From Macrostomum lignano (taxonomy: Eukaryota): a DNA stretch of 64,000 nucleotides. This document shows positions 48,647-61,400 of this stretch, piece by piece; position 1 is the first letter of the stretch, and every line of letters begins with the position of its first letter. The notes under the pieces are model-generated. The model had not been told where the DNA came from and made no database searches. It was given only the letters and a program-made list of their open reading frames with translations. The position numbers and the translations under genes are program-made. Location: NCBI GenBank assembly GCA_002269645.1, contig NIVC01000157.1, forward strand, positions 124,001 to 188,000, in the 5' to 3' direction.

Positions 48647-49020
48647 TGCGAGCTAAAATGAGTGCCTGTGGCGCTAGAATGAGTGCCTGTGGCGCTAAAA
48701 TGAGTGCCTGCGAGCTAAATTGAGTGCCTGTGGCGCTAGAATGAGTGCCTGTGGCGCTAAAATGAGTGCCTGTGGCGCTAAAATAAGTGCCTGTGGCGCT
48801 AAAATGAGTGTCTGTGGCGCTAAAATGAGTGCCTGTGGCGCTAAAATGAGTGCCTGTGGCGCTAAAACGAGTGCCTGTGGCGCTAAAATGAGTGTCTGTG
48901 GCGCTAAAATGAGTGCCTGCGAGCTAAATTGAGTGCCTGCGAGCTAAATTGAGTGCCTGTGGCGCTAGAATGAGTGCCTGTGGCGCTAAAATGAGTGCCT
49001 GTGGCGCTAAAAATGAGTGC
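48647..49020. repeat. 21-bp minisatellite, right part of the split array
   Basis: Same unit as 45037-45725. Confidence 0.97.
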
Positions 49021-49904
49021 CAAAATTTAGTCATGCTGCATGTACAATTACATGTTGGATTCCTGGCCTTGTCCCACCATAAAATCCATAGCGATGCCCC
49101 TGATCATACATACAGATCATACATGCACTCTTTTCTATATCTGGTTTCTAGTTCTGGTTTAAAAGTACAGAACTGGAAAACGCCAAAGCCAACGCAAAAC
49201 ATGAACTCGTGTGATCTTGTAAGATTCTGTTAACGCAGTGTTCCTAAAGGTCCTTGCCTCGGACACAAAGGTCAACTGCCTCCCTTCGATGCCTAGCTGC
49301 TGCTCGAGCCGGCAGCTCCACGGAGTCCACGTGAGGGCATCAGTTGGATTGCTGAGCGCTGCAGATGACGGAGTCTTAAATTCTGGCGCTCGTCTGCACT
49401 GAGAACTCTGTAGCGAACCTCAACTTGTTGCGAGCCAGAATTCCTGAGAGCTCTGGAGCCTCTGGTCTACACGACTTGCTGCTGGAACACACGTATTTTG
49501 CGACCCTTACTGATTACTATCAAAAGCACTAATTCCACGTATGATAGCGTTTTTTGTCAAAAGTGTCGTTTTAACAAGTTAATATGACTGGCGCTTTTAA
49601 ACATAAAAATTTCTAGATCGATTTCAACAATTTGAATCTAAAGTTAACCCTCCCGTTTAAATAAAATATAATAACTAATTTGTTTTAAATTAATCAAAAA
49701 CTCTGCCTTTAACTGATAGTTATTGGGCTATTTAAATCCCAATTGAATTCGCTGTGAATCACCTTTTTACAGCTTTCCTATACCTTTATCAACCTAATTA
49801 ACTATTGCATCCAATCATTAATTACTAGTGAAACTGCCTCGCATTTTAGGATTCTAACAGTTCATTTCTGACTGCTTATGAATATTACTCAAAAATATAT
49901 GTGC

Positions 49905-50424
49905 TGGCATCCCTGGTGCTGGCGCCCCTGGTGCTGGTGCCCCTGGTGCTGGTGCCCCTGGTGCTGGCGCCCCTGGTGCTGGCGCCCCTGGTGCTGGCGC
50001 CCCTGGTGCTGGCGCCCCTGGTGCTGGCGCCCCTGGTGCTGGCGCCCCTGGTGCTGGCGCCCCTGGTGCTGGCGCCCCTGGTGCTGGCGCCCCTGGTGCT
50101 GGCGCCCCTGGTGCTGGCGCCCCTGGTGCTGGCGCCCCTGGTGCTGGCGCCCCTGGTGCTGGCGCCCCTGGTGCTGGCGCCCCTGGTGCTGGCGCCCCTG
50201 GTGCTGGCGCCCCTGGTGCTGGCGCCCCTGGTGCTGGCGCCCCTGGTGCTGGCGCCCCTGGTGCTGGCGCCCCTGGTGCTGGCGCCCCTGGTGCTGGCGC
50301 CCCTGGTGCTGGCGCCACTGGTGCTGGCGCCCCTGGTGCTGGCGCCCCTGGTGCTGGCGCCCCTGGTGCTGGCGCCCCTGGTGCTGGCGCCCCTGGTGCT
50401 GGCGCCCCTGGTGCTGGCGCCCCT
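49905..50424. repeat. 15-bp minisatellite (GGCGCCCCTGGTGCT)n, nearly perfect
   Basis: About 34 copies with very few substitutions. Confidence 0.98.
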
Positions 50425-51429
50425 GTTGTTGTCAAGCGAGGGTGCCCAGCCATAGCAGTGCTAAGCGCCCAGCCCTAACTGCGGGCTCTGCCGCTGAAAT
50501 AATGTGGCGGGTATACTAGCCTCGGGGCCCCATCTGAAGTTAGGATCCCCCATTTTTTTAGAACAAGCTTGGGCTGCATCACAAGATAGCAGGATTTTGG
50601 AGAGGCCGCGGGGTGAGTCTTAGGGCAACACATTAGCCTTGCAAGATATTAGCCCCCCCCCCCCCCCCGGTCCTTAAGACTGAACAGCCAGCGTATGCAG
50701 CCTTCAGAATTCAGATGCGCCGCTCAAAAGCTGCGGCTGAGCTGTCGCGGCTGCACCTCTACCATTAGGGCAGGTATGTAATCAATGGTTAGTTATGGTG
50801 CATATTTGTAGTATTGGGATGATTGCATTAAAGTGACTTCTGCTCAATCGACGAATCGACAGATCCGTAAAAGTACGACCGCTTAGAAACGCTCTCTAGT
50901 CTGCCCAACAAAACTTCGCAGCAAACGCCTGCTAGCTTGCACTGAAGAAGCATAATTAATAGCTGCTGAAGCTGCTGCCACGACCTTCCCTGGCGTTCAT
51001 TTGATTTGGAGTGGAAAAAACGGTCGGAAATGGATTCAAATTCCACACCATTCTGACACATGCAGTAGCAACGTCTGCGCCAATTACTGCACACTTCTGA
51101 CTTGAAGAAATGCATTTCAGAAAAACAAGCTGCACTAAAGATAAATTGTTTTGCTAGCATCCCTGGGAACCCTGCATGAAATCCTATCGCTTTCCCTGTT
51201 CACATTGTCAGTTCCAACAGAGTTACGGGCGCATGTTGAACTGCAGCGCCGTCGAGCCCTCTCACAGAATGAACCGCGCCGGTTTCAACGCCAAGAACGC
51301 TAAAGTCCAAGCTGCCATGGCCGCCGCTTTTTGTGACATGGCTCGGTTTCTGTTAGAGAATGAAAACTGGCAGCTTCTCCGATGGCTGGGGCAGCAACCT
51401 GAGCAGGCTGGACTTACAACTCAGGGCTA

Positions 51430-52800
51430 ATGACGATCGACCTTCCAAACCCAGTTGCTAGCGACCCAGCTGGTCTAACCTCCAGTGTGCACGAGGATGG
51501 GCACTTTCCAAAGTTAATTTTTACCTTTTTATTGCCCTGCTACCTACATGCAGGCGATGTGGTTGATTTTATATGTAACTGTACATGCGAATTAGCGAGA
51601 AGTTTATCGAATTACGGGTACATTTCCATTAAATTCAGTCAGCAAAGCAGATCCAACAAGAAACGCCTTGCGACACTTGCGATCCTTGATCCTTGCCTAG
51701 TGTTTTTGTCGTTGACTAAACTCTTTTATTTCAGTTTCGGCACCCAACTTTGCGCTGCGAAAATCGGACACAGACATGGTCTCTGCCTTCGACTTGATTT
51801 TCGCCCTCGACTGCAGCCGCTACCCCCGCATCGACCTGCTGCTAGATGGCTTCACAAACCGCAGAGGCCAGGCGTCCCAGATGCCTCAGCACATCATGCG
51901 GCTACGATCAAAGACGAGGCACTCGGCGACTCGCCCAGATGCCACGCAGTCCCAGCGTCACCCCCGGGTCATGACGGAGAGTTCCTGAGGTGAGCACAAC
52001 CCTGCTGGAGAGAGCCGTCATCCACAGCCTCACCACCGAGCAGGGCCAGTTCTTCATCATTCTCAAGTTCCTCATCAAAAAGGTGAGCGGTCTGAAGACG
52101 TACATGGCCAAGAACCTGCTGTTCTAAATGCTCGACGAGACGCCGGAAGAAGACTGGAAGCCGGAGAACTTGCTGCAACTCGTGCGGCGGTCGCTGCAGC
52201 TGCTCGTAGAGATGATGGAGGGCTCAGACTCTGATAACGTGTGCATGAAGCACTTCTTCCTGCGTGATGCCAACGTGTACTTGAGAAAAGACCACAACCC
52301 CAAGCAGGCTATCGTGACTGCGGTCGAGAAGGCTACAGAAGAACTACAGAAGAGTTTAAACAGTTTTTCTAAGTTGCTGTCGAGAACGCATGTAAAGTAC
52401 GTTCAGTTTGATGCCTTCTTCTTTTAAATCTTCATCGAAGAATTCCAGTCTGTTCGAGATAAAAAACATGCCCTAAATATTTATGAAGCTTTCTCAACTA
52501 CAAGGGCTGCTAATCTCACTCGCCTTGATGCCAGCTCTCAGAGCATTGATGACGAGCTCAAAGATGTGCTCGATAAGGTTTCCAGCATCGGACTGTCTTC
52601 AGCGGGTCGCTCCGCTCGGCTTGGCTGTTCGCGATGGAAAAATTTGTGGGTGCGAGCTGGAAGAGCGAGTTCGTCTGATCGCCAGGTTCATCGCCCAGAC
52701 CGAAAGGGGCCGCTTGCCGTCTTTCCGAGTCTTCAGAAAAGCCATTTGCCATTTCTCGCCAGATGTGCCTCTTCTAATGGATCTTGACATGAATGTAAGT
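51430..52800 (+). pseudogene. Mab-21/cGAS-like (cGLR) nucleotidyltransferase pseudogene
   Basis: Across frames: SAPNFAL..DLIFALDCSRYP, CHAVP, VIHSLTTEQGQFFIILKFLIKK, LKTYMAKNLLF*MLDETPEEDWKPENLL..MKHFFLRDANVY follow the order of Mab-21 motifs; TAA at 52125-52127 plus frameshifts; the N-terminal GS/ExD motif was not found. Confidence 0.68.
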
Positions 52801-53464
52801 TCAGCCACTTCATTTTCTTTGCTTTTTGCTTTCCCAGTCACTTCGTGCCTTCTGTAAGTATAATTAAAGTTGATCATTGCCGCACCTTTTCGTATCAATT
52901 TAGCACGAGGAATCCCAGAAAGTACTACGAGAGCTCTACGATAGAGTATCTTCCGTATTTAAAAAGGCGCGGTTCGACGTGATCAAGGAGGCGTGCTGCT
53001 GCAATTGTTGTTGTCATTTTCTCTGAGGACCGGCTTATTGAATAGTGCGCTTAGTGAGGAGGCACTTTCGGAAGAAGTTTCGCAGCTTCACAAAAATTTG
53101 ATATCACTTAAAAGTTTCCTCCTTCTTATGAAACCCTTATGTCGGCTTAGCACCTACCCCGTTGCCTGCTGCAGCACCCCCTTTCCCGCCGGCTTCTCTC
53201 TGTCGCGACTTTCTTAGTGATTTCTTCAGTTCATCCGCACTTGTCTCTGTTTACTCTGTTTTCTCCCTCTTGGTCCAGTTCAGTCTGGACCACTTTTATC
53301 CCTTTCCCTCGCTGCTTTCTGATTGGCTCTTCAACCTCGCCTCTTATTTATAGTCGCCGAGTTTCACACCCTCATTTTATTATCTTCACTCCCCCTAGTT
53401 TAATGTCTTAAATATATTCGCTTTGGGCCCTGTGCCACACTTACTATTTGTTTTCGCTAGAGTC

Positions 53465-55905
53465 TAGACGAAGATAAGTTTGATGACGACTCGCTAGAGT
53501 CGCTAGATGGAATCGAGGACGAGTTGATGGAGGAAGAAGGCGAAGAAGAGGAAGAAGTCATGGAGCCAGAGGAAGTTGGTGATGAACCAGAGTGGCAGTT
53601 GGTTCAGGCTGGAATGGACGCTGTGCCGAATAAAGCCGAGTTTCTGGGAACACCAGGGGTTCGCCCCAGATTGGAGGCCTCCAGCTTCAGCTGATGGAAA
53701 CGAAGAGGAGTTTCTGAGTCTGTACCTCACGGATAGAATTATTGCAAGCGTGAAAACCTGGACGAATCGTACAGAGCCTGGAAGATATTCGAGGAGTGCG
53801 CTGACGAGGAGCTGTTGCCGATGGGCCTGGACAAAAAGCCGGAGATTAGCAGCTACTGGAGCCAGGACCCTGTTTTCCATTGCTCATTTCTGTCCATGCC
53901 CAATGCCCCCTCGAGAGATAGGTTCAAGCAGCTGCTTTCCTGCCTTCGTTTTTACGACTGCACGAATGTCTAGGAAGGGCCCTTGGCCAAGATCCAGCCA
54001 TTTCTGCACCAGCTGCAGCAGGTGTGCAGCAACAATTACATGCCGCGTCAGCACATTTCCGTGGACGAAACGCTGGTCTTACACAAGGGGTGTCTGCTGT
54101 TCAAGCACTAAATCCCGACTAAGAGGAGCAGGTACCGTGTCAAGCTGTACTGCCTGTGCGAGTCGGAGACTGGCTACTTGTGGAATTGGGACTGGGACTC
54201 GAGTGCGGCGACCTCTCTGTTAGTGAGCGAATTGTGGCCGAGCTGTGCCGTGAAATCCTGTACACATGAATTAGAACGTATTCACGGACAGCTGGTTCAC
54301 GTCCCATCGGCTGGCCATTTGGCTGCTGGCGAATGGAACTCGGCTCACCGGCACCATGCGCATCAATCGAGGCGTCCCGCAGCTGCTGCAGCAACTGCAA
54401 CTGCGACCGACTGCGGCGGCTTTCGCGAGGAACGGCGAGGTGCTCACAATTGTAAGTTCGTGGACAGGAAGAGCAGCGGTGTGGACTTCTCTTAGATCTC
54501 CGGATCTGATTCTCTCGTTCTCAGTTGCCTAGCGGTTTTATTCTATTGTTTCCACTGCCTTTCGAGGTCTAAGAAAGTTTACAAAAGAGATCGCTTCGTG
54601 GCTAGATCTGAATAGTGCTTGTAGCACAAAGAATGAACAGTAAGTGGACTCTTGGGTTTATTGGTGAAGTGCACAGGACTTCCAGCTCAAATTCTGATTC
54701 TTTTCCGGCGCGTCCATTTCGGGGCCGAGGCCGTGTCTATTTTATAGATCATTTGATACACGTCATCCCCCGCCCCCCGCCGCGGATTAGCCACGGCGGG
54801 GTGTGTCAGAACAGACGCAGCAATTACATTCGATTAGCGCGTTGCTACGGGGCGAGAGAGATAATTTAATATCTGTTAGTTTGTCACATCAGGCGATGGT
54901 TAAAGGTCAGTTCGGGGTTCATTATAGTCAATTCGCACGTCAGACCCCTCGTGCGTCCCTCGGTGAGTCGTCCTTTGCTCCCTGGGCCGTACGTCACCGC
55001 TGACCTTGGCCTGTTGACCATTGCTCTATCTCGCCCGCCAGTCAGGGTATCATGTGGTATCGATTCTCCTGGCACCGCGCCGACTGACTCTGCCTCGGCC
55101 GACTTGATGTCATCTGGTTTGGTCTGAAATCTTGGGGAAGTAAAGGTTAAGTTCTTATCTATGATTTATTTCGCTTTCTTGACGTTCTTTTTAATTTCTC
55201 TGACTTAAGTGTCTTATCTCTAAATTGAACTTTCGCCCCCTGTTTTTAGCTTCTTACTTTGCCCTTTAGTGAACCTTGTCCCGACTTTTCCTAATTTCTA
55301 ATCCCTATAAGCGGGACAAAGACCGTGTATCTCCTGGACACTGCTGGGTAAGCTGCCTGTATGAACGTGCCACGAGTCCGTCGGGGAGGCGAGCAGCAGG
55401 TGGTCGCAAAGCCAGTGACAGTAGTCACCTACGATCGAAGAGCATTTGCGGCGTGGACCGTATGGATTCAACAGCGAACCCCTACCTGGCCAGTCGGAAG
55501 ACGCTGCGCTGGTTTCAGAAACTCTGGGTTTTACCTGCTGCTTCTTCTGGTTCGGAACGCGTGAATCGTCTACCGCCAGCAGGCACCAAGACCTTCGTGG
55601 CGTTTCTGCACAAAACGATCAGCATCCTGGTGGAGGAGACTGGCAGGGGCAGGCGCCATTTCGCTATCAGGGCAGGCCGTCCTGCAGCAGTCAGAGCGGC
55701 AGGTGACGGCCCTGCAGTACAGCATTCGCCGACCAAAGCTCCATTGAACGCTGCATGCCCATGTTCGGTCGCGCAATCGATGCCGCGTGTGCAGCGAGAA
55801 CGGAATCGCGAAGAAGACAGCGTACATCTGCCCTGATTGTCCAGGAATGCCAGCACTCTGCATAAGCCAGTGCTTTAGAAACTGGCACAGCCAAACAGAT
55901 TTTTT
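53465..55905 (+). pseudogene. piggyBac (PGBD4-like) transposase remnant, interrupted by an ~850-bp insertion
   Basis: SYWSQDP, RDRFKQLLSCLRF, ISVDETLV, IPTKRSRY, CESETGYLWN, FTDSWFTS, GTMRINRG, GVDRMD, RKTLRWFQKL and C-terminal YICPDCPGMPALCISQCFRNWH; multiple stops and frameshifts; TTAA/TIR ends not found. Confidence 0.9.
54472..55318. mobile_element. Non-coding insertion within the piggyBac ORF, LTR-like
   Basis: The reading frame KFVDRK resumes as TVYLLDT at ~55322; internal segment 54480-55318 has TG..CA ends; AAGA lies at both junctions but the left boundary is imprecise. Confidence 0.6.
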
Positions 55906-56394
55906 GAGGCTGTGCGTGAGCATGAGCCTCACTGCAGCGGCTGACCTTTTGACCTCACTTAAAGTACATGTAACAGGTAACTGGTAACTTGAATCTTTGG
56001 AAATAGATATGTACTAGTATGGAAGTCGGACCACTCTTTGGACCTGCCTCCGGATGCATGATTGTGGACCTGCATTGGAATGGTCATCCGCGTTCCGAAG
56101 TCGGTTTTCCTTTTCGACAGCGCTATGATCGGGAATTCCGAGACAATAATTGCACCATGCTGATGCATTTTGCTGCTGACTCATCTTAAAAAAAATACCT
56201 TAAGGTAAACGCACAAATAAATACTTCATTTTAACTCATTCATCCGTAAAGTATATTTACATGTACTTGGATACGTCTGAGCGCAAAATCAATTTGATAA
56301 TAACGAAGCTCTGGAAACGACTTCCTCAGGTACATGTAGTTTCCAGTAGCACTTTTTACGCCGGCACAGAGATTAACAAAATGAATCCATTTTA

Positions 56395-56715
56395 TCTATC
56401 ACAGTCCCAGAAACAGTCCCATTTCATCAACCACAGTCCCAAAAACAGTCCCATCTCCTCAATCACAGTCCCAGAAACAGTCCTATCTCCTCAATCACAG
56501 TCCCATCTCATCAACCACAGTCCCATCTCCTCAATCACAGTCCCAGAAACAGTCCTATCTCCTCAATCACAGTCCCATCTCATCAATCACAGTCCCAGAA
56601 ACAGTCCCATCTCCTCAATCACAGTCCCAGAAACAGTCCTATCTCCTCAATCACAGTCCCATCTCATCAACCACAGTCCCATCTCCTCAATCGCAGTCCC
56701 AGAAACAGTCCCATC
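56395..56715. repeat. Composite minisatellite (cagtcccagaaacagtcctatctcctcaatcacagtcccatctcatcaacca)n
   Basis: Recurrent acagtccca subunits. Confidence 0.9.
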
Positions 56716-57459
56716 TCACCCGCAAGGATACAGACATCAGAGACTCCCCGTTCTGATGTTCAATCAGACAAAAAACTCAAAATATTTTCCAACCAATGTA
56801 AGCCAGTTTGAGAAGCGTACAGATATGCAGATGAAAATAACAATATAGATAAATATATAATTATCTTCGTGTGCAGCAGTTTATTTATTACTATTGAACT
56901 TATTTCGGAGATTGACAGTAATAATAAACAAATATTTAGCAAGAGTGACGGGACATTCAGTTTTCGAACTAATTAAACGAAGAGTCTCCGTCTTGTCCGC
57001 AATTAGCTGTAGTCAGCTTGCATCAATCTATTGATATCTGCTTGCAATTTTGATCCAATACAAGATATTGCGCATATAGCAGGCGATTAATTAGTTGAAT
57101 AAAGTAAGTATATGCGAACAGGTTATGTACAAACTACTGTGTATGCATGGTGTGTAATGATAGTCTAGCACAACCACACACCAAGCCCAATTAATGATAC
57201 ATTAATATTAGAACAGAATTGAAAAGTACAATAGAAGTTCACGCCCACGCACACTGCGGTTGCAGTCAAAGGAATTGGACCTGAATTTACCATTTAAATA
57301 GATACGCGAACAGTGCGCAATATGCGTACAACAGTATTGTTAAGCATAGTTTAAAACAGGTTTACCTGCAAGCAACCTTAATGTGTGTGCATGACTGACG
57401 GGATAGGATTTTAGACAGCCAGGCAAACAGGAAGGAAACAGGCTGAGACAGCCTTCGGC

Positions 57460-58420
57460 CTGACAAGCCTCTCTATCCGGCCTCGGGTCCATTGAAACTG
57501 ATAGCTATTCGGCCCGCTCAAATTGATCTCTTCACTGCCTTCCTCTCTGCTTCATCTCCCTCTCTCTCCTCTCTGCTTCATCTCCCTCTCCCTCCTCTCT
57601 GCTTCATCTCCCTCTGCTTCATCTCCCTCTCCCTCCTCTCTGCTTCATCTCCCTCTCCTTCCTCTCTGCTTCATCTCCCTCTCCCTCCTCTCTGCTTCAT
57701 CTCCCTCTCCCTCCTCTCTGCTTCATCTCCCTCTCCATCCTCTCTGCTTCATCTCCCTCTCCTTCCTCTCTGCTTCATCTCCCTCTCCCTCCTCTCTGCT
57801 TCATCTCCCTCTCCCTCCTCTCTGCTTCATATCCCTCTCCCTCCTCTCTGCTTCATCTCCCTCTCCCTCCTCTCTGCTTCATCTCCCTCTCCCTCCTCTC
57901 TGCTTCATATCCCTCTCCCTCCTCTCTGCTTCATATCCCTCTCCCTCCTCTCTGCTTCATCTCCCTCCCTCCTCTCTGCTTCATCTCCCTCTCCCTCCTC
58001 TCTGCTTCATATCCCTCTCCCTCCTCTCTGCTTCATCTCCGTCTCCCTCCTCTCTGCTTCATATCCCTCTCCCTCCTCTCTGCTTCATCTCCCTCTCCCT
58101 CCTCTCTGCTTCATCTCCCTCTCCCTCCTCTCTGCTTCATCTCCATCTCCCCTTTTTTCTCCCTCTTCTCATCTCTATCTGCCCTCTACTCCTCACTCTC
58201 CCCTCCTCTCTCCCTTACCCCCTCTTCCCTCCTCTCCCCTCTTCTCTGCCCTCTTCTCCCTTCACCCATCTCCTCTCTCTTCTCTCATCCCACCGCTCAT
58301 CTTATCCTTCCTCTGACTCTCCTCCATTCCCTCTTCTTCCCTCTGCTCTCTGTTCCGCAGACACAAACTGGATTATTTATTATCTGGCCCTTGAGGTTAA
58401 GAAAGTTCGCCAACAGCCCG
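57460..58420 (+). mobile_element. hAT-related element copy E: conserved core, expanded 26-bp CT minisatellite, degenerate hAT end
   Basis: Core 57468-57522; (tcctctctgcttcatctccctctccc)n about 57530-58150; tctggcccttgaggt..aaagttcgccaacagcccg resembles the reverse complement of CAGGGGTTGGC(A/G)AACT. Confidence 0.65.
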
Positions 58421-58448
58421 AACTAAGACAGGCAGACAATCGGACAGG

Positions 58449-61400
58449 CTAAGCCAGCGGGCTGGGGCTGGCAGGCGGCACCACCAGCACAGGCCGCAGG
58501 GAGTGCTGCAGCACATGGTCAGTTGTGCTGCCCAGCACCACGCGCTTCATCTTGCCCAGCCCGCGACTGCTGACCACCACCACGGAGGCTTTGATCTCCT
58601 CAGCCAGTCTGAGCAGGCCGACCGGAGCTGAGCAGCCATAAAATTCGCTGCGAAATTCCACATTTGGGAGGCCGATAGAGGCGGCAAAATTCTTCAGCTT
58701 CTCGCCCAGCTGGCGGGCGCGCTCCTGGTGGTGAGGGGCGATTGGAGATGATTGCAACTGTGACTATAACTGTGATTGCAACTGTGACTGCAACTGTGAC
58801 TGTAACTGTGATTGCAACTGTGACTGTAACTGTGATTGCAACTGTGACTGCAACTGTGGCTGCAATTGTGATTGCAACTGTGATTGCAACTGTGACTGCA
58901 ACTGTGGCTGCAACTGTGACTGCAACTGTGATTGCAACTGTGACTGCAACTGTGGCTGCAATTGTGATTGCAACTGTGACTGCAACTGTGATTGCAACTG
59001 TGATTGCAACTGTGACTGTAACTGTGATTGCAACTGTGACTGCAACTGTGGCTGCAATTGTGATTGCAACTGTGATTGCAACTGTGACTGCAACTGTGAC
59101 TGCAACTGTGATTTCAACTGTGACTGTAACTGTGATTGCAACTGTGACTGCAACTGTGATTGCAACTGTGACTGCAACTGTGACTGCAACTGTGACTGCA
59201 ACAGTGATTGCAACTGTGACTGTAACTGTGATTGCAACTGTGATTGCAACTGTGACTGTAACTGTGACTGCAACTGTGACTGCAATATTGTGACTGCAAC
59301 TGTGATTGCAACTGTGACTGCAACTGTGCTTGCAACTGTGACTGCAACAGTGGCTGCAACTGTGACTGCAACTGTGATTGCAACTGTGTCTGCAACTGTG
59401 ACTGTAACTGTGATTGCAACTGTGACTGCAACTGTGATTGCAACTGTGACTGCAACTGTGATTGCAACTGTGATTGCAACTGTGAATGTAACTGTGATTG
59501 CAACTGTGACTGCAACTGTGATTGCAACTGTGACTGCAACTGTGATTGCAACTGTGATTGCAACTGTGACTGCAATTGTGACTGCAACTGTGATTGCAAC
59601 TGTTATTGCAACTGTGACTGCAACTGTGATTGCAACTGGGACTGTAACTGTGATTGCAACTGTGACTGCAATTGTGACTGCAACTGTGATTGCAACTGTG
59701 ACTGCAATATTGTGACTGCAACTGTGATTGCAACTGTGACTGTAACTGTGATTGCAACTGTGACTGTAACTGTGATTGCAACTGTGACTGCAACTGTGTC
59801 TGCAACTGTGACTGTAACTGTGACTGCAACTGTGACTGCAATATTGTGACTGCAACTGTGATTGCAACTGTGATTGCAACTGTGACTGCAACTGTGATTG
59901 CAACTGTGATTGCAACTGTGACTGCAACTGTGATTGCAACTGTGACTGCAACTGTGCTTGCAACTGTGACTGCAACTGTGATTGCAACTGTGTTTGCAAC
60001 TGGGACTGTAACTGTGATTGCAACTGTGACTGCAACTGTGATTGCAACTGTGACTGCAACTGTGATTGCAACTGTGACTGCAACTGTGATTGCAACTGTG
60101 ACTGCAACTGTGATTGCAACTGTGACTGCAACTGTGATTGCAACTGTGACTGCAACTGTGATTGCAACTGTGACTGCATTTGTGATTGCAACTGTGATTG
60201 CAACTGTGAATGTAACTGTGATTGCAACTGTGACTGCAACTGTGATTGCAACTGTGACTGTAACTGTGACTGCAACTGTGACTGCAATATTGTGACTGCA
60301 ACTGTGATTGCAACTGTGACTGTAACTGTGATTGCAACTGTGACTGTAACTGTGATTGCAACTGTGACTGCAACTGTGTCTGCAACTGTGACTGTAACTG
60401 TGACTGCAACTGTGACTGCAACTGTGTCTGCAACTGTGACTGTAACTGTGACTGCAACTGTGACTGCAATATTGTGACTGCAACTGTGATTGCAACTGTG
60501 ATTGCAACTGTGACTGCAACTGTGATTGCAACTGTGATTGCAACTGTGACTGCAACTGTGATTGCAACTGTGACTGCAACTGTGCTTGCAACTGTGCTTG
60601 CAACAGTGGCTGCAACTGTGACTGCAACTGTGACTGCAACTGTGATTGCAACTGTGTCTGCAACTGTGATTGCAACTGTGACTGCAACTGTGATTGCAAC
60701 TGTGACTGCAACTGTGATTGCAACTGTGACTGCAACTGTGATTGCAACTGTGACTGCAACTGTGATTGCAACTGTGACTGCAACTGTGATTGCAACTGTG
60801 ACTGCAACTGTGATTGCAACTGTGATTGCAACTGTGAATGTAACTGTGATTGCAACTGTGACTGCAACTGTGATTGCAACTGTGACTGCAACTGTGATTG
60901 CAACTGTGACTGCAATTGTGACTGCAACTGTGATTGCAACTGTGATTGCAATATTGTGACTGCAACTGTGATTGCAACTGTGACTGCAACTGTGATTGCA
61001 ACTGTGACTGCAACAGTGATTGCAATTGTGATTGCAACTGTGACTGCAACTGTGACTGCAATATTGTGACTGCAACTGTGATTGCAACTGTGATTGCAAC
61101 TGTGACTGCAACTGTGACTGCAACTGTGACTGCAATATTGTGACTGCAACTGACTGCAGTTAGCAATAAACAGATTAGCAAAGCACACACACCTTGCCCC
61201 CCTCAATAGTGTAGTAGTCCGGCTCCTTAGTGGACAGTGGGGTGAAGTGGCCCACCAGCATGGAGGGCGGCTCGATGATGTAGCCCAGGACAACCTGGTC
61301 GGAGAAGTAGGCGGCAGAGCTGGCGTACCAGCGGATCATTCGCTCGCTGCGGTCAGTCAAGTCCACGGCTAGCAGGACTGTGCGGCTCAGCTCAACCACC

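Noticed and set aside
49644-49662. TTAA-CCCT as the piggyBac left end
   Set aside because: No matching inverted AGGG-TTAA end found downstream of the transposase.
49854-50519. (GAPAP)n elastomeric-like ORF and its alternative frames
   Set aside because: No third-position variation among units, all frames open, no convincing splice sites; treated as a non-coding minisatellite.
58600-61293. Several 500-900-aa ORFs (QSQL, VAVT, CSHS repeats) resembling antifreeze or mucin proteins
   Set aside because: Products of the 12-bp satellite inside the USP intron; the flanking exons join perfectly without them.
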